Positions 1 through 15,936 of a DNA stretch of 64,000 nucleotides are shown here, in pieces; within the stretch, counting starts at the first letter, position 1, and the number at the start of each line of letters is the position of its first letter. The DNA comes from the human T2T-CHM13v2.0 reference genome, Homo sapiens. Position numbers and translations under genes: made by a program. Under the pieces are notes generated by a model, which worked only from the letters and a program-made list of their open reading frames with translations, was not told the origin of the DNA and made no database searches. The stretch is taken from NCBI RefSeq assembly GCF_009914755.1, contig NC_060929.1. One strand, 5' to 3'.

Positions 1-13
1 AACACAGTCTTAC

Positions 14-730
14 TTCCGAAATTTGGATATTCAACCATAGTGTCTTAAATAACACTGTAAGTGGCATTCAGAAAAAAAGATCTGCCTCGCACCTGTAAGA
101 GCTGGCACTGGACAAGTCTGTCTTTGGTAAAGCGGGTGTCATGGGCTTCTTGCCAACTTTTCTTGCCACTCACCTTTCTGACTTCAGGGCTGAAGAAGGG
201 AGAGGCAAGGGAAAGGCAAGGCAGATACAAGAAAGAGAAACAGTCTACTTGCCATGCCTGTAGTTGGCATCTTGCTCTCACAGCCTTGCAGATGATGGTC
301 TTCCAAGACTCCCAACCTGTGTAGCCCCTCAGCCAATAACAGACAACTCTCCTGATGGTGCCTGGGGCTGGCCTTTGGCTCATTGCTCTGATCAGTCCTC
401 AGATTCTGCTTTCCCAGTAATTCATTTTACACAGATATCCTGTCCTGATCTCCATGTCTTCCAGCGGCTTTTAGACAAATCTTTGGAATCTCATATAAAA
501 GGGCTTCAGGCTGGCATTCCTTCCTCGGAGCCTCCACCTGGCCCCAGGCATCGCGGATCTTGCCTTGCAGTTGGAGGAATATGAAGTTGTTTTCTTGTTG
601 CAGCTCTCTCTGCTCTCACAGAACACCAGAGGGTCTCTTGCTTCGGTCTGGAGCAGAGAAACTTCCTGAACTCCAAGCAACAAATGCACATTTTCTGAGT
701 GGGCTCCTTTGAAATCCCTCTCCCTAGACT
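14..730 (-). pseudogene. Dynein-like exon remnants, AAA6
   Basis: Minus frames give LQTEARDPLVFCES (cf. PLIFVLS), RCLGPGGG (cf. SLGQGQG), LGVLEDHHL (cf. WVxLQNCHL) and MPLTVLFKTL (cf. FPVSVLQNG). Micro-exon 189-174 PEVRK|gtgagt; exon 92-14 is bounded by cttacag and gtaag. Confidence 0.65.
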
Positions 731-789
731 CAAAGTGAGGAGCCAGGTCTTAACCTCAACCTCTCCTTTGAGTGGAGGGTAGAACTCAC

Positions 790-1050
790 ACTATAGCTTC
801 CAACCAAAGCTTTCTTAGAAACCTTCCTTTACATGTCCAGTGTGGGGAAGCTTTAGGATCCTTGAAGTGGGTGAGAGGCCCAAAGTCATGTAATTGATTC
901 TGAGTGATTTCCTTTGAAATTTGTGTCTTAATTTTAGGCATCTCCACTCACTTGATATCTGACATTTTTTTAATATGGCATTTTACTTGGATCTTCCATT
1001 TAATATTGTGTATCATCTCCTTCAATATTTTCTGCTGCTTTTAGGCTCTT
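790..1050 (-). pseudogene. Two dynein-like exon remnants (1050-952, 899-790), AAA5-AAA6 linker
   Basis: cacag|KSLKAAENIEGDDTQY*MEDPSKMPY*KNVRYQ|gtgagt (99 nt, phase 0-0). Then NQLHDFGPL..RILKLPH..F*ESFGWKL|gtgagt (cf. LxxFQxLLxLRxLRPD..FVxExLG). The apparent intron is only about 52 nt. Confidence 0.5.
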
Positions 1051-1149
1051 CTGTGCAAATGTAATTTTTTAAAATGCTATGTATTCTACCAAGTATGTAA
1101 AATGTGTCATCTCCCTCAGGCTTAGCCTTCCTTCACCCTCCTCATCTCA

Positions 1150-1449
1150 CTTTTTTTGTTTATTTGAGGCAGAGTCTCACTCTGTCACCCAGGCTGCAGT
1201 GCAGCGGCATGATCTTGGCTCAGTGCAATCTCCACTTGCTGGGTTCAAATGATTCTCCTGCCTCAGCCTCCTGAGTAGCTGGGATTATAGGCGCCCGCCA
1301 CCATGCCTGGCTAATTTTTGTACTTTTCGTAGAGATGGGGTTTCGCCATGTTGGCCAGCCTGGTCTTGAACTCCTGACCTCAGGTGAGCCGCCTGCCTTG
1401 GCCTCCCAAAGTGCTGGGATTACAGGCATTAGCCACCACCCGCCAGGCC
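1150..1449 (-). mobile_element. AluS
   Basis: Full Alu dimer, reverse orientation, flanked by cctcatctc repeats. Confidence 0.95.
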
Positions 1450-2006
1450 CCTCATCTCTTTTTGACATCTGGTTCTGGTGCTTCCCACACCCTCCCACTC
1501 TCCATCCTATTTCAGATTTGGGGCTTGCACTCCTTAGAGCCTTACCCTTTGCTAATGTAATGACTGCTGCAAATGCATTGCAATTGTGTTCTTCCACACT
1601 GCACTGGGGCATTTTAATACGCAACCAACAGAAAGTGATGACTTGACTCAGTAATTTTCTAAATTTGTGGATAGTTTTTTATTGTTATTCTTTTTCTTGG
1701 CCTTTTGTTTTACTTTTTCGGAAAACTCCTTTTATGAACTAAATATTTCTATCCATGTGTTAGTAAAGATTTTAAACAAAAAACAATGCATAACTGGAGA
1801 TATAACTACAGTGGAATTCTGGAGACCACCTATCAGCTTCTTTGGTAGTCCCTTAGGCACCAATAAAAAAAATCCTGGGACTTTGATAAGCACTTTGAAA
1901 ATCCTTGCTTTAGAACAAAAGGAAACTTCTAAAATGGGAGCAAAGCATGGAGGAGTGATTTCAGGAAAGGATGTGAGTACTATAATCCTTCAGAAATCAT
2001 AACAGT

Positions 2007-2158
2007 GGCCAGGCATGGTGACACTCACCTGGAGTCTCACCAGCTGTGGGAGGCCGAGTTGGGGGATCACTTGAGCCCAGGAGTTGGAGGCTGCCGTTAG
2101 TCTAGGTCTAGGTCATGCCACTGCACTCTAGCCTGCTGAGACAGAAAGACCCTGTCCC
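2007..2158 (+). mobile_element. Alu monomer (FRAM/FLAM-like)
   Basis: ggccaggcatggtg..gatcacttgagcccaggagtt..ccactgcactctagcctg; single diverged arm. Confidence 0.85.
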
Positions 2159-2399
2159 TGGCAGCTGCCTCCTTAACGTGACAATGAGTGAATACTAATG
2201 GCCACATATCTGATTCCTGTTCCTGTCTTGCACAATCAGTATCTAAATGACCGCCTCTGGGTGAGACCTCAGTGTGCCTTGGAATTTGTTTCATTTCTCT
2301 AAAACCTAAAACAGAACTCTGATACAGAATCCCTGTGAAGAAACTCACAAAGTTATGACCCCTTTTTCTTTAAAACTACAAAACAAAAACAAACAGCTC

Positions 2400-3461
<1,062 letters not shown>

Positions 3462-4045
3462 CTACAGAAATAACACATGCTCAGCGTGAGCTGCAGGAAA
3501 ATCTCTCAGGAGCAACCTGTTGTGATTCACCTCATTTGGACATTGGGAGTGGCAAGAACCTTCTATAATAATTGGAAAACATTGTTCAAAATAATTACTA
3601 CTTTTTGAAATTAGCCATTTTTACTTAAAATGTATTTCAAGAGAATCCTAGACTGAAGGGTTGAAATCTAATAATTAACATCTAGTAATTAATATCTTGA
3701 AATCAGAAGGGGCGGAATCAAAGCTGTATCAACCAGGGTGTTAGCCTGCCTCTTCCGTGAACACTCCTGACCACTCTGGCTCTTTTCTCTCTTTGATATT
3801 TTTATTTACACATACAGCTTGGCATATCAGTATGTATTCTCTTACACAGCAAATGATTGTTTTACAGTTCTGTTTTAACTCTCCAACTACATATTCTCAG
3901 AGAATGAGATTATGGGTTTTATTTTTAATACTCTATATAGCACTTCCTGGCTTAGTGCTGGGCACAGGCAGGTCCTCAGAAAATCTTGGTTTGTTGATTA
4001 TCGCTTGACAAATGTCACATGCATTCAAGAGTCTGATGGCTACAC

Positions 4046-4170
4046 CTTGGTCAGCTTCTGTCAAACCCATATTGACCAGGTTGACCACAGAGGCAAATTA
4101 GCACGCAATGTGCATGGACGCTCAGGAAGCTGTTGTCAGTTCTATTGTATTCTTGGTAAATAAGTATAAC
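4046..4170 (-). pseudogene. Dynein-like exon remnant, AAA5 core
   Basis: tttgaacag|(R)LYLFTKNTIELTTAS*ASMHIAC*FASVVNLVNMGLTEADQ|gt, cf. dynein FRLYITTKLxNPHYxPExxxKVxLLNFxITxxGLQDQ; 125 nt. Confidence 0.8.
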
Positions 4171-5284
4171 CTGTTCAAAATGCTTAAACCTAACATGTAT
4201 ATTAAATATAACTATAATTGTTCCTTTTTGCCAATGATAAAAAAAATATTTTTGTGCCTACAATATTCTGATTACAATATAACATAAAAGTTTTTAAACA
4301 CAGACTTTGGAACATTCACACCCTGGCTCTGCTATTTATTGGTTGTGACACTGAGAAATTCTTAAACTCTAGGCTTTAAAAAAATCTCTAAAATGGTGAT
4401 AATGATAGGGTTAGAGTAAGCATCAAATGAGCTAATGCTTATGAAATGCTTAGCATATAAGAAAAAATTAAAATTATTTTAAATATATTTCAAATTTATG
4501 TATTTATAACTTTATAACTCCTGTGACTATAGTTACAATTGATTAGAATTAATTTTGTTTTGCAATTTAGTGAAACAATTAGGAGTACAGGCTTTGAAGG
4601 CAGACAAACCTGGGTTTAAATCCTGAGTTTGTCCTTCTGTGTGAATACAGGATTACCTTTCTTTTCTTGTTAGTAAAATGGGGATTATACCCATATCAGG
4701 AGTGGAGAGGGCTAATGAGCCAGCATTCTCATTAGCAGGGTCCCAGTGGAAAACGATGACACACTTGAGGAGAGTTTAAGAAAGGGGTGACACAAAGTTG
4801 TGGGTAGGTAGTAGAGGAAGCAGCAGAACGGCCAGTATTGTAATAAAGCCACACACTTTCTCCCATCCCCTGCTCCTCTATGCTGGAAGGGATGAGTGGA
4901 AAGAATGATGACCGGAATCTGGAAGGAGAGAGTGGTGTGGAATAGAGAATGAGGGAGCCACTGGATGCAGTCCACAGTGATCAGTATTTCTGGGCACAGA
5001 GTGGAAGGAAAGGGGCAGGATGAAGGGTGGATATGGAGAGGAACTGGAAAGTACCCAGCACCAAAATGATTAGCAAAGTACCTGGCATAGTATGCTCAAT
5101 AAATGATGGTGGCTATTAAATAGAGTAGGATATGTAATGCTTATGATCTTGAAACTATAACTGGTTTTATTTTATACCCCAAGAAATCAAAAGAATATTT
5201 GCGGTTATATGTCTAGTGGAATCAGTGTGATTAAAATATTGGTTCTTGCCAATTTAGTGTTCATTACAGTCCTCTCCTAAGTAC

Positions 5285-5445
5285 CTGGTGCTCTGGGGGC
5301 AGGAGAACTGTTTCCAGATCCTCAGCAAACATGCCTCTCTTGTGACAAGAGTATAAATATGCTATGTGATGAAGAACTTCACTGGCTATGATAAAGGACT
5401 CTGACTTGCTCAATTTCCAACCATGCTACCTGAATATTCCTTGCC
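5285..5445 (-). pseudogene. Dynein-like exon remnant, AAA5 N-terminal part
   Basis: QVAWLEIEQVRVL..RGMFAEDLETVLLPPEHQ|gtactt across a frameshift (cf. QAxxWIKxxE..GxPxLLENVxExLDP). Confidence 0.5.
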
Positions 5446-5479
5446 AAGAAATAAAATGGCCATTGTATAAAAATGGTCT

Positions 5480-6630
5480 TCTAAGTGCTGGCATACCCCA
5501 AGACTCCATCTTCTGTCCTTTTCCTCCTCTCTGTCTAAACTCCAGTCTTGGGTAATCTCATCTAGTCCCATGGATTTAAGTATCATTTATGAGCAGATGA
5601 CACCATGCTTAGAGTCTAGCCTGAGCATAATATTAATATATCCAATGGCCTGCATACCACCTCCATTTGGCTGTTAAAAGACATCTTAAACTCAATTCCC
5701 ATATCCATTTACTCCATCCATATTGTCCCACAAAAAAAAAGAAATGTTGCACCTACATAATCATTCCATCTCATCTAATGTCATCCAAGCATTTGTCTAG
5801 ATGCTTAACTTTAAACCTCACATTCATTCTTGACTCTTCTCTTTCTCTCACACTTCCCTTACTGTCTCTCAGGCCAATTCTGTTGGCTCTGTCTTCAAAA
5901 CACAGTTACACTTTTCACCACCTCTACAACTGCAGCCCTGGTCGGTAGTCATCATCATCTCTAAATTGGAATAATCTGGATTCAGACTCGAATTGGTCTT
6001 CCTACTGCCACAGTTTCTCCTCTGCCACACCATCGTCATATTTTCTGCATGGAAGATATTTATAATATCAGTCAGATCATATTACTTCTCTGCTCAAAAC
6101 TTTAAGTTGCTTCTCAACTCATTGCAAATAAAAATTAAATTCTTGCCATGTCCTGTGAAGTCCCTACATGATCTGTGCCCTCAATCCCACTCTCAACTGC
6201 CTGACATCATCTCATATTTCTCCACCCTCAATTACTATGTTCCAGCCTCACGGGGCTTCCTTGCTGTTCCAGGAATATGCTAAGTATTCTCTCATCACAG
6301 GCAGGTCATTTGCATTTGCTCTTTCCTTAGCCTGATACTCTCTTCTCTTCCTTCAGATATCCTGACTATTCATACATTTTCATAGGGTTCTGCTCAATTC
6401 CCTTGCTCAGTGAGGCCTTCCCTGATCATGCATATGAAATAACACACTCACTTCCCTCTTTATTCTGCTTTCCTGCTTAATTTTTCTCCACAATAATATC
6501 ATCGCCATATAAATATTTATACTCATTTCTTTGTATTTATTCTCCTTTCTCTAATATACAAGCTATGGAAGATCAGAAACTATATTTGTTATATTTGGTG
6601 CTATCTTCTCACAGCTAGAACAATGGCGAA
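5480..6630 (+). mobile_element. L2 (LINE2) 3' portion
   Basis: ctcatctagtcccatggatttaagtatcatttatg..cagtgaggccttccctga..aagctatggaag, typical L2 3' sequence. Confidence 0.8.
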
Positions 6631-7699
6631 TTAACTCATCTCTCAGAATTCTTAGGACAGTTAACAGTTGAGAGTCCACTGAGACTTTCTGGTTTGTCTA
6701 ACATAAAATATGAATAATCAGGGATTCTGAACTTGGTTGTTAAATACTTATTTTGTTTTTTTGCCAATAAAATATTAATAAAAATGTAGTTTTAAGTTGT
6801 TTTTGTCACTAAAGAAAATATATTTTCATATAGAAATATCTTTGTCACATATAAGTTTTAATATACAAAGATTAAGACCACGAATATTTCTATGAAATGA
6901 TGTAACGTTTGTGAAATTGTCTGTCCTGGGTCTCAGAACACTAACAGTTGTTAGTTTTCTTCCTGCCACCCTTCTGGAGGCAGAGGAACTCTTGTTGTTC
7001 CTGGACTTGGGAACAGAGTAGGCATTTGATAAAAGCTGTTACTACATTTACACAGCTTTTCCAATTCTATTCAGCAGAAGCCATGTGGGCGATATGTAAG
7101 AACAGGAATGCTGCCATGAAGACATATGGATGATTTCTGCAGATATGCCAAGTGTCCCTCATTTATTCCTATATAAATAATTCCTAGCATATATTCCCAA
7201 GAACCAGAGTTCTTATGATGACATAATGTCGTATTTTCCAAACTGTTCTCCAAAGGAATACCTGCATCCACAAAATATTAATTGAAGTCCCACAAAGGAA
7301 ATATTCCATGGTCAAATAAATTTGAAGACTGGGTGAAGTAAGGCTAAATAGATTCCAAACTGTATGTCATTTTTGTGCCTTTTGTATAATAGCCTGTGTT
7401 GTGTGTCTCCTGCAGAGAAGTCATACATATAGGATTTTTTGAAACCTACTTCATTACAGAACTTATAAACCCTCAAGTTCCATTGAACACACTTTGGAAT
7501 ACCTATTATAGCTTGATTTAATTTTTATATCATCCTCTGAATTGGTAGGAAAAATGTTATTATTCCCATTTTACAGATAAGACAAATGAAACTCTCATCA
7601 TAATAATTGTTCTTCTTCATGGCTGGCAAAGGGATAGAAGGAGTTAAACTAAGATCTTTTGTCGAGATTTTTAATTTTCATTCCATTGCACCATATTGC

Positions 7700-8105
7700 T
7701 ATTTATATTCCCTAGGGTTGCTGTAACAAGTTACCACAAGTTGAGTTGCTTAAACAAAGACATTGATTATCTCAGTTCTGGAGGTTCTGAGAGAGACTCT
7801 ATTCCATGCCCCTTTCCTTGCTCCTAGTGGCTGCCAGCAATTCCTGGAGGTTCTTGGCTTCTAGCTGCATCACTCCAATCTCTGCCTCTGTCATCACACG
7901 GCTTTCTTCCTTTTGTGTCTGTCTCTGTGTCTCTCTCCTTGTAAAAAAGACACCAGTCATTGGATTTAGGGACCTTCCTAATCTAGTATGAGCTCATCTT
8001 AATCTGACTACATCTGCAAAGACCCTGTTTCCAAATAAGGTCAGATTTACAGATACCAGAAGTGAAGACTTCAACATATTTTTTGGACACAATTTAACAC
8101 CGACA
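7700..8105. mobile_element. MLT1-type MaLR LTR
   Basis: gttgctgtaacaagttaccacaag..cagttctggagg..ctacatctgcaaagaccctgtttccaaataaggtca. Confidence 0.85.
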
Positions 8106-8737
8106 CCATCCAATATGATGCTATTCTGAAAATATCATGTAAAACAATTGTCCATGGAAAGTTTTATAGAAATGTCCAATTTTACTCCTTTTTCTTGATC
8201 AAAAAGAAATGAAGACTTCAGAGTTAAAGACTAGGATCATAACTTCTACGGAAAGTAAAATATGAATGCTACTTATATCACCTAGCAAGAGTTTCCCATG
8301 TAGTGGCTAGTAAACCTTTACCTGTTAAGTGAACAATGCTATCAGGCTTTTGATCATATTTATGTCCTGCCCTATTCATGTTTTATAGAAGGAGTTGTTC
8401 AGTGCCTACCCATGAAAGGCACTGAATGAATTTGTATAGTCTATGACCTTGAGACTCACACACATAAACTAATTATATAGACAGGATAGGACATTCTCTA
8501 TTTCAATAAATTTTAAAAAGAGCAGTAAGCCTTGCTCAGTGTGTTACTTTTAGCCTTTGGTAGCCAAGAAATAGGTCTTAGGAGGGATAACACTTAGGAA
8601 GAAAACTCTTATGTTTATCTTATGCCTGAATTGCAGTGTAGTGAAGCAACTAACAGGTCAGTCTTAAATCAGGTGGCTTTCATTAAATTCCTGCTTCTAT
8701 TACTTTCTTAATTTGTGACCTTAGCCATTTAATTAAC

Positions 8738-9131
<394 letters not shown>

Positions 9132-11098
9132 CTAAAATATTAATATGTCTTGGCTGTTATTATCCCCTAATTATAATATTTATTCAGGAACAGAACCATA
9201 GCATATTTATCACATGTAATTAGGTTAAATATATGACCCCTAAATCTCAGAGATAAGTAATGAAAATAATTTCCAAACCTGGAAATATAGGGACACTTTT
9301 TAAAAATACGTTTACAATATCTAACACTGTCTTTCATTTGACAATAATTTGATAAATATTAGAAAACTAATATGTTGAGTTGCAGAGATTTTAGGTAGAA
9401 AACAGATAAGACAAATGTTCCTCTAAGATGTCAAATATGAAGAGGAGCACTGTCTATCCTATATTTAATTTCCAGAACTACTTCTCATCCAGCTTCTGCA
9501 GTTTAGCTATTTGTTTTGTAGTTTTTAACATTCTTGAAATCCAAGACAATCTACCCAAAACTCTAATGTTTTTTTTCAGGAAGATTGGAACTTGATAGAG
9601 CAGAAGATCAGCTGAACGCTGGAAGACTCTCCAGTGTGAAATGTTTATTTCTAGGATCTTCTGTTCAACCTTGGAGCCTTCAGAGTCCTATGTATAGTCT
9701 TAAACTGCTGATCTAAAAATGGTGCTCTGTTTCAGCAGGTAATTAATGATGTTACACATTTTAATAAAATTTTTCAGCTAGATTGCTACCTATTTGCCAG
9801 ATATTGTCTCCGTTTCTTTCCCCAAAGTTAATATACTCATATTTGTAGAATCACCTAAAATGTAGCTCCATCAAGTAAGTTTAATATTAGATTATTGTAA
9901 TATAGGGAATGCCATGGTGGGTGAAAGTAATATTTACTCATGACTAATCTTCCAACATCTGGCATAAAGTACCCATTCTACTGTTTAATTAATAGTTTTC
10001 TTTAAATCAACACATACTTTCTTAATTTAAATAAACTGGTGTTTGGTAAAGAAATCCTAACATCACCATCTTAAGTGGAAAACCAGCATGACTTGTTCTG
10101 ATAAGAAGTCAAGGGCAAAAGTCAAAATGTCGAACTTTTTATTGGCTAAGACTTTTAAAAACACATAAATACATAATAGACAATGAAATATAAACAATAA
10201 TTCAACTCATCTATTTATAAAATCATATATCTTCATCAGTAGACTGAAACTGTGCATTATCACTCATTAAGAAAGAGATTTTTGGCTCAGTCTTCCTTAG
10301 CTGAAGATGAAGACTGGAGAAGATTCTGATTTCACATGCTGATATTAACTTGCACTAACTGCAACACTGGAAATGGTGATTGCTTTATCAGCCCGTGTTC
10401 CTGAATACAGAGATGGTGGCAACTTGCAATGGACATGTTGCAAGAAATAAGTCTTTATTGTTTTATGTACTGATATTTTCTGGTTATTTCTTACAGCAGC
10501 ATAGATCAGCTTACCTGACTACTATCGCAGTTGTCTTTAATAGAATTGTGTGCTGAAAATCAATTTCTAATTTGCATACATTTGTAAAAGTTTTGGATTA
10601 AAAAAAAACCTGTCTGACATGACTTCTAGAATGGGTTCTTCTGAAGCTGTCAAGTTCCTCAGTAGGGCCCCACGACTGATTAGAACAAGTTTTCTTTCTG
10701 CTTCACTGTTGTCATCCAGTTGAGAAAAATACTTTTGAAGACATTTTATGAAGTCATTAATGTGTCTTTTTATGATGTTCAGGATATTGTCAGCAGGTTT
10801 CTGAAATGCTAACATAATTTAGTTGTTCAGCTCTAGCAAGGTTTTCAATATTTGCTGGTTGAATATTCGTTAAATGAAGTTAGAGAACTCCTTCCAAGGA
10901 CCCTAGATTTACTGTACAATAATATTAACAGCTACTGTTTATTAGGTATTTACTGAGTGCTAGCTACTGTGCTTCATGCTTTATCAACTTTATTAAATTA
11001 TTTCCCACAGCATCCATATAAAGGTAGGTACTCTTACTATCTCCCATTTACAACAAAGAATAAGGGCAGATAACTAGAAGGTAAAAGAATGCAGACTT

Positions 11099-11524
<426 letters not shown>

Positions 11525-12507
11525 TTAAACTGTCTAAGGGATGTACAGCTGAATCCTTTCAATGGGGCCCTGTCTTGGGATGGACTTTCCTCAGGTGATG
11601 TGGCTGACGGCTGCTTGAAGAGTGCCTCATTTCTGGAGATACCTACCCCTATTGTTCCAGCTGTGTCTTGGAAACCCTTTAGTAGTATTTTAGGTGGGAG
11701 AGTCCAACACATAGTTGTATATGTGAGTGTGGTTAACAAGAGGAAAATGGACCATCACCATTGCTCTCCCCGTCTTCTTCCTCCTCTTTTCTTCCTTTCA
11801 CCTGGCCCAAGTGCCTGCAAGTCATAGACTACCTCCACCCCTTCTGTGTACCACCAGTAATCCTCTAGGTACTTACAGGGGTATAAATAACTCACTTTGG
11901 ATACAATGGGTCAAAGCAATGGTCCTGATGACAATACCAAAAAATGTATAGAAGGATCTGATCACTGTGATGTCATCTGTCATCACAGGTGAGTTACATT
12001 GGACTCCCACTCAACTTTTGGTGAGTTTATGAAGTTATGTTCATATGCAAAAACATAATAACCCATTTTATGTCAAACTAGATACATACCCCTGTAGCTG
12101 CTTGAGTTTATTAATCTTAATTCTTTTCAAACTATTTAATATGTTAGCATGTACCATATCAAGAAAATATATTCTGCAAGTTTACTCCCATCTGTTGTGG
12201 AAAGTAAAAATTTGCCAGAAACTTACATATATTTATAACAATGTATGCTCACCTAGTTCTAATAATCAAGGGTTTGGCAATGAAAATTGGTTTGTATTTA
12301 AACTCACTAATTCATAAAGCAAGTACCGGATGATGTGTTGTATGTTCTCTTAGCCAGAGCAGCTGGCTATGTTTATGTAGGTAGTGCCTCTCCAAAGGTG
12401 GCTGAACAAGGGCGCAATGAAAGGCTGAAGTCCATCCCAAGTCTCCTGGCTGAGCCCTCTCTCTGGAACACGGCTATGTCTGTCTGGAGGAAGGCACACA
12501 TTTTCTT

Positions 12508-12828
12508 TTTTAAAAAATGTACTTATTTTTATTTTTATTTTTTTGTGCAGATAGACAAATTTGACTGAATATTCTTTTTTTATTTTTTGTTTTACTTTAA
12601 GTTCTGGGATACATGTGCAGAATGTGCAGGCTTGTTACGTAGATATGCATGTGCTGTGGTGGTTTGCTGCACCTATCAATCTGTCATCTAGGTTTTAAGC
12701 CCACATGTATTAGGTATTTGTCCTAATGCTCTCCCTCCCTTTGCCCCCCACTCCCCGACAGGCCCCGGTATGTGTAGAAAACAAAACACCACATTTTCTC
12801 ACTCATAAGTGGGAGATGAACAATAAGA
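12508..12828 (-). mobile_element. Short L1PA 3' end with 5' inversion
   Basis: Reverse L1PA 3'UTR (12575-12770) followed by a sense piece ctcactcataagtgggagatgaacaat (12771-12828); TSD acacattttctt. Confidence 0.85.
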
Positions 12829-13751
12829 ACACATTTTCTTCTTACAAACACACTACCAATTTGCCAGGTCATATTCCCAAGAGGCTAAGATGCCTTTTTT
12901 TTTTTTTTCCTTATTTATTCTCCTATGCCCAGGCTTGTTATGTGCAAGCTTCAGGCCCTTATTTTTCTGGGTTTGAGTCAAATCTTTATTTCATGGCCCA
13001 ATATGGAAACTTCTTTATACTCTGGGTCAGAGTAATTGCCTTTAGTTGAATATTTGTCAGCTTTCTTTTTCCTGATTTGAATTTACCAGAATTCCATGCA
13101 GTATTCTAGGCATAATGTACCCATTGTGATTATAATTTTCTAATGATTTTCAGGATTTCTATTTCTTTTAGGTTATGCCAGCCTTTTGGGATATTCTTGA
13201 TGAAGCTATTGGAAAGAAATGTTTTCTATTTTGAAATTGCTTAGCTGGTGAAGTTTAAGTCTAGAGCTGCTGGCAGCCATCCTAGCCACTCTTGAGGATA
13301 AGCTTCCTGAGTATCTAGCCAGTACTGAGGAAGGAAGAGGAAGGAAGGAAGAAAAGAAAGAAGAGGAGGGAGGAGAATGAAAGATTTGATATATTTAATC
13401 CAATCCAGGACCTGGCTTTAGCCATTTCTGAACTTCCTTTTACAAAAGCCAAAAAAGTTCCTTTTTTATTTAAGATAGTTTGAAGTAGACTTCTATTTTT
13501 TGCCTGATACTGTCCAGTCAAATATAGTATGAAATTTATGATGTCCATTTCTAATCTGCTAGAAGTGAGGAGGGTGGAGTTATGAGCAAGTGTCTGCTTT
13601 GGTTAGGCTGTGTTAAGTACATTATATGTTATTATTATTTAAGCCTTAAAACAACTCTGTCGATCAGGTATTGCTAATGCACAGGATAAAATTTAAAACA
13701 TTAACAGTATTTCCCTTAAATTTGTAGGAGTAAAGTTTAAAAATTAAGTCA

Positions 13752-13865
13752 ATATATATGTGTATATATGTCTGTGTATGTATATATACCTGTATATATA
13801 CATACATATCTATATATATGTATGCATGTATATATAGATACACATATATATCTATATGTACATGT
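13752..13865. repeat. (TA/TATG)n low-complexity repeat
   Basis: atatatatgtgtatatatgtctgtgtatgtatatatac.. Confidence 0.9.
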
Positions 13866-14869
13866 ACATTTATTAGTGTGAAACAAACAGTACTGACCTG
13901 TTAGTGGTAAAGAGACTTCAGCTCCCTATTTACAATCAGTGCAAAGGTTTCCAAGGTTATCAACTTACTTGTATCAAAGAAGTCAACACTTGATTGAAAC
14001 CATGAATTGTGCAGATAAATACTGAGAAATGTGTTTTGATTGCACCACAGACAAGTAGCTTGAAAAAGGAGACAACTGAGATGCTCTAAATTACTTGAAA
14101 TAAGGTAGAGGAAGGAATGTAGCAATAGCAAATTAAGTAGAAAACATTCTCTTCTATGTTTAGTACCTCGGAGGGAAATGTGTGGGCTGTTACAGGTAAC
14201 TTGCTCTTTTCACTTAATGCCCTCTGCCTGCATGAGTTCCTCTGAGATGGCCCTAACTGCTTTATGTTAAAATTAAGGGGAGTGACTCTCTTGTGGAAAA
14301 TAATATAGTGGATTTCTGTTTTCAGTTTCTTAGCCTTGCTACAGCAACCTATGCCACCACCACCAGCACTCACACATCACAAGCCTAGAATCTTTCAGTT
14401 AGTTGGTGTCATCCATAGGATAAAACCTCCAAACCTCTGAGAATACATCACACTGAAGCCCCATGTGATCAGATCTAAATCTTGCCTAATTGGCCAGCTT
14501 TATTTCCTTGCCTATGGCTTACATTCCAACTAAACCATTCTGCTGCCAGTTACACAAACACTTCATGCTATTCAGTGCTGCTGGCCTTTGCACACGCTGC
14601 TCCTTCTGCCTGGACCCTCTTCTCTAGTCCTATGTGTCTGACACACATCTCATTCATTTTCTTGCAGGTATGTCCTTGACGAGGTACCTAAATTACCTTG
14701 AACAGAGTTAATCATCTTGTCCTCTGTGCTACTTATACCTTTGCTTCTGTAACATGTGGTTTTTTGTTTGTTTTTGTTTGTTTATTTGTTTTGACTATCT
14801 GATATGGTTAGAATAACATTTCCATCCAACACCCATTGATATAAATGAGGGATTTTACTTTGGGAATTA

Positions 14870-15090
14870 GTCAATTATAGTGGATACAGTCATAAGTTTT
14901 TGAGTCAAACTGCTTGGGCTTAAATCCTAGTGCTACTTTTTATTAGCTGTGGGACCTTGGGTACTTACCTTCCCTGGGACTGTTTTCTCACCTGTAAAAT
15001 GGAGTAATATTAGCATTTCATAGGATTACTGTGAAGTTAAATAAAAATAATCTATGTCAAGTGACTGGCGCAAGGAATGTTCTCAACAAA
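14870..15090 (+). mobile_element. MIR
   Basis: tgcttgggcttaaatcctag..agctgtgggaccttggg..ttctcacctgtaaaatggag. Confidence 0.8.
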
Positions 15091-15214
15091 TAATGTATTA
15101 TTTTGCCTATTAACTCAAGAAAGAAAGGTGACCATTGTCAGGAATTGGCAAAACGTATGCAGGGAGCATAAGTAGGCCATTTTCTGGACATGGCGTGGCG
15201 TCTCCTCTATTTTC

Positions 15215-15850
15215 CTCACTTGCTTGTGCACAGCAGCTGTCCACAAAGCTGACTGAGAAAAAGGAACCACCGTCACTGCCAATCACCCAGGAAGACACTC
15301 ATGCCTTTCTGTCTCCAGACATCTCCAAAAGTTTCAATCAGGTAATCAGCATATATTATTGCTGATTTGGGGACATAGTGAACAGCCTTCTCCCAAATTC
15401 TCTACCATACTTTGCTGCCTGAGCTTTAAAAGCTCTGGTCTTTCTAAGTCTCTGTTGAGTAGGTCTAGCTGCTTCTGATTCTGTTCCAAAAATCTTCTTT
15501 GGGATGAGTGAATGAAACCCAGTTCTGGCAGGTTCTAGCACTCCTCCTGTAGTCTAAGGGTCTCAGACAAACCACCAGTCCTGCCTCTTCTTTCCAAGAA
15601 AAGACACAACAATAAGCAATCTCATAGTGGGAATTCTGGAAGCATCAGTGTCCCATCCTAGCCCAGCCAGCCAAAAATGCTCATTTAAACTGACTATATT
15701 CTTGTGGCTACCTAACTAGTGTCTTTACCAGTGAATACGATTCCATGCTTTGGGCAAGTCCAGGTTGCAGACAACTGCAGAAAGAAGCATGGCCAACCTG
15801 TGCTTGTAAAACCTGGTTAACCAGGAGAACTGCACCAAGGGATATCACTC
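15215..15850 (-). pseudogene. Dynein-like exon remnants, AAA3 lid (15850-15729, 15546-~15215)
   Basis: VISLGAVLLVNQVL..|gtaaag; FGDVWRQKGMSVF..RWF (cf. LxRLWxHExxRVFxDRL). The position fits domain order. Confidence 0.5.
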
Positions 15851-15936
15851 CTACTTATAGGTCAGTATGTCTCTCACAAACTGCTTTATTTACAAAACCA
15901 AATACTGTTTACTTGGTTAGATAATCTAAGACATAC

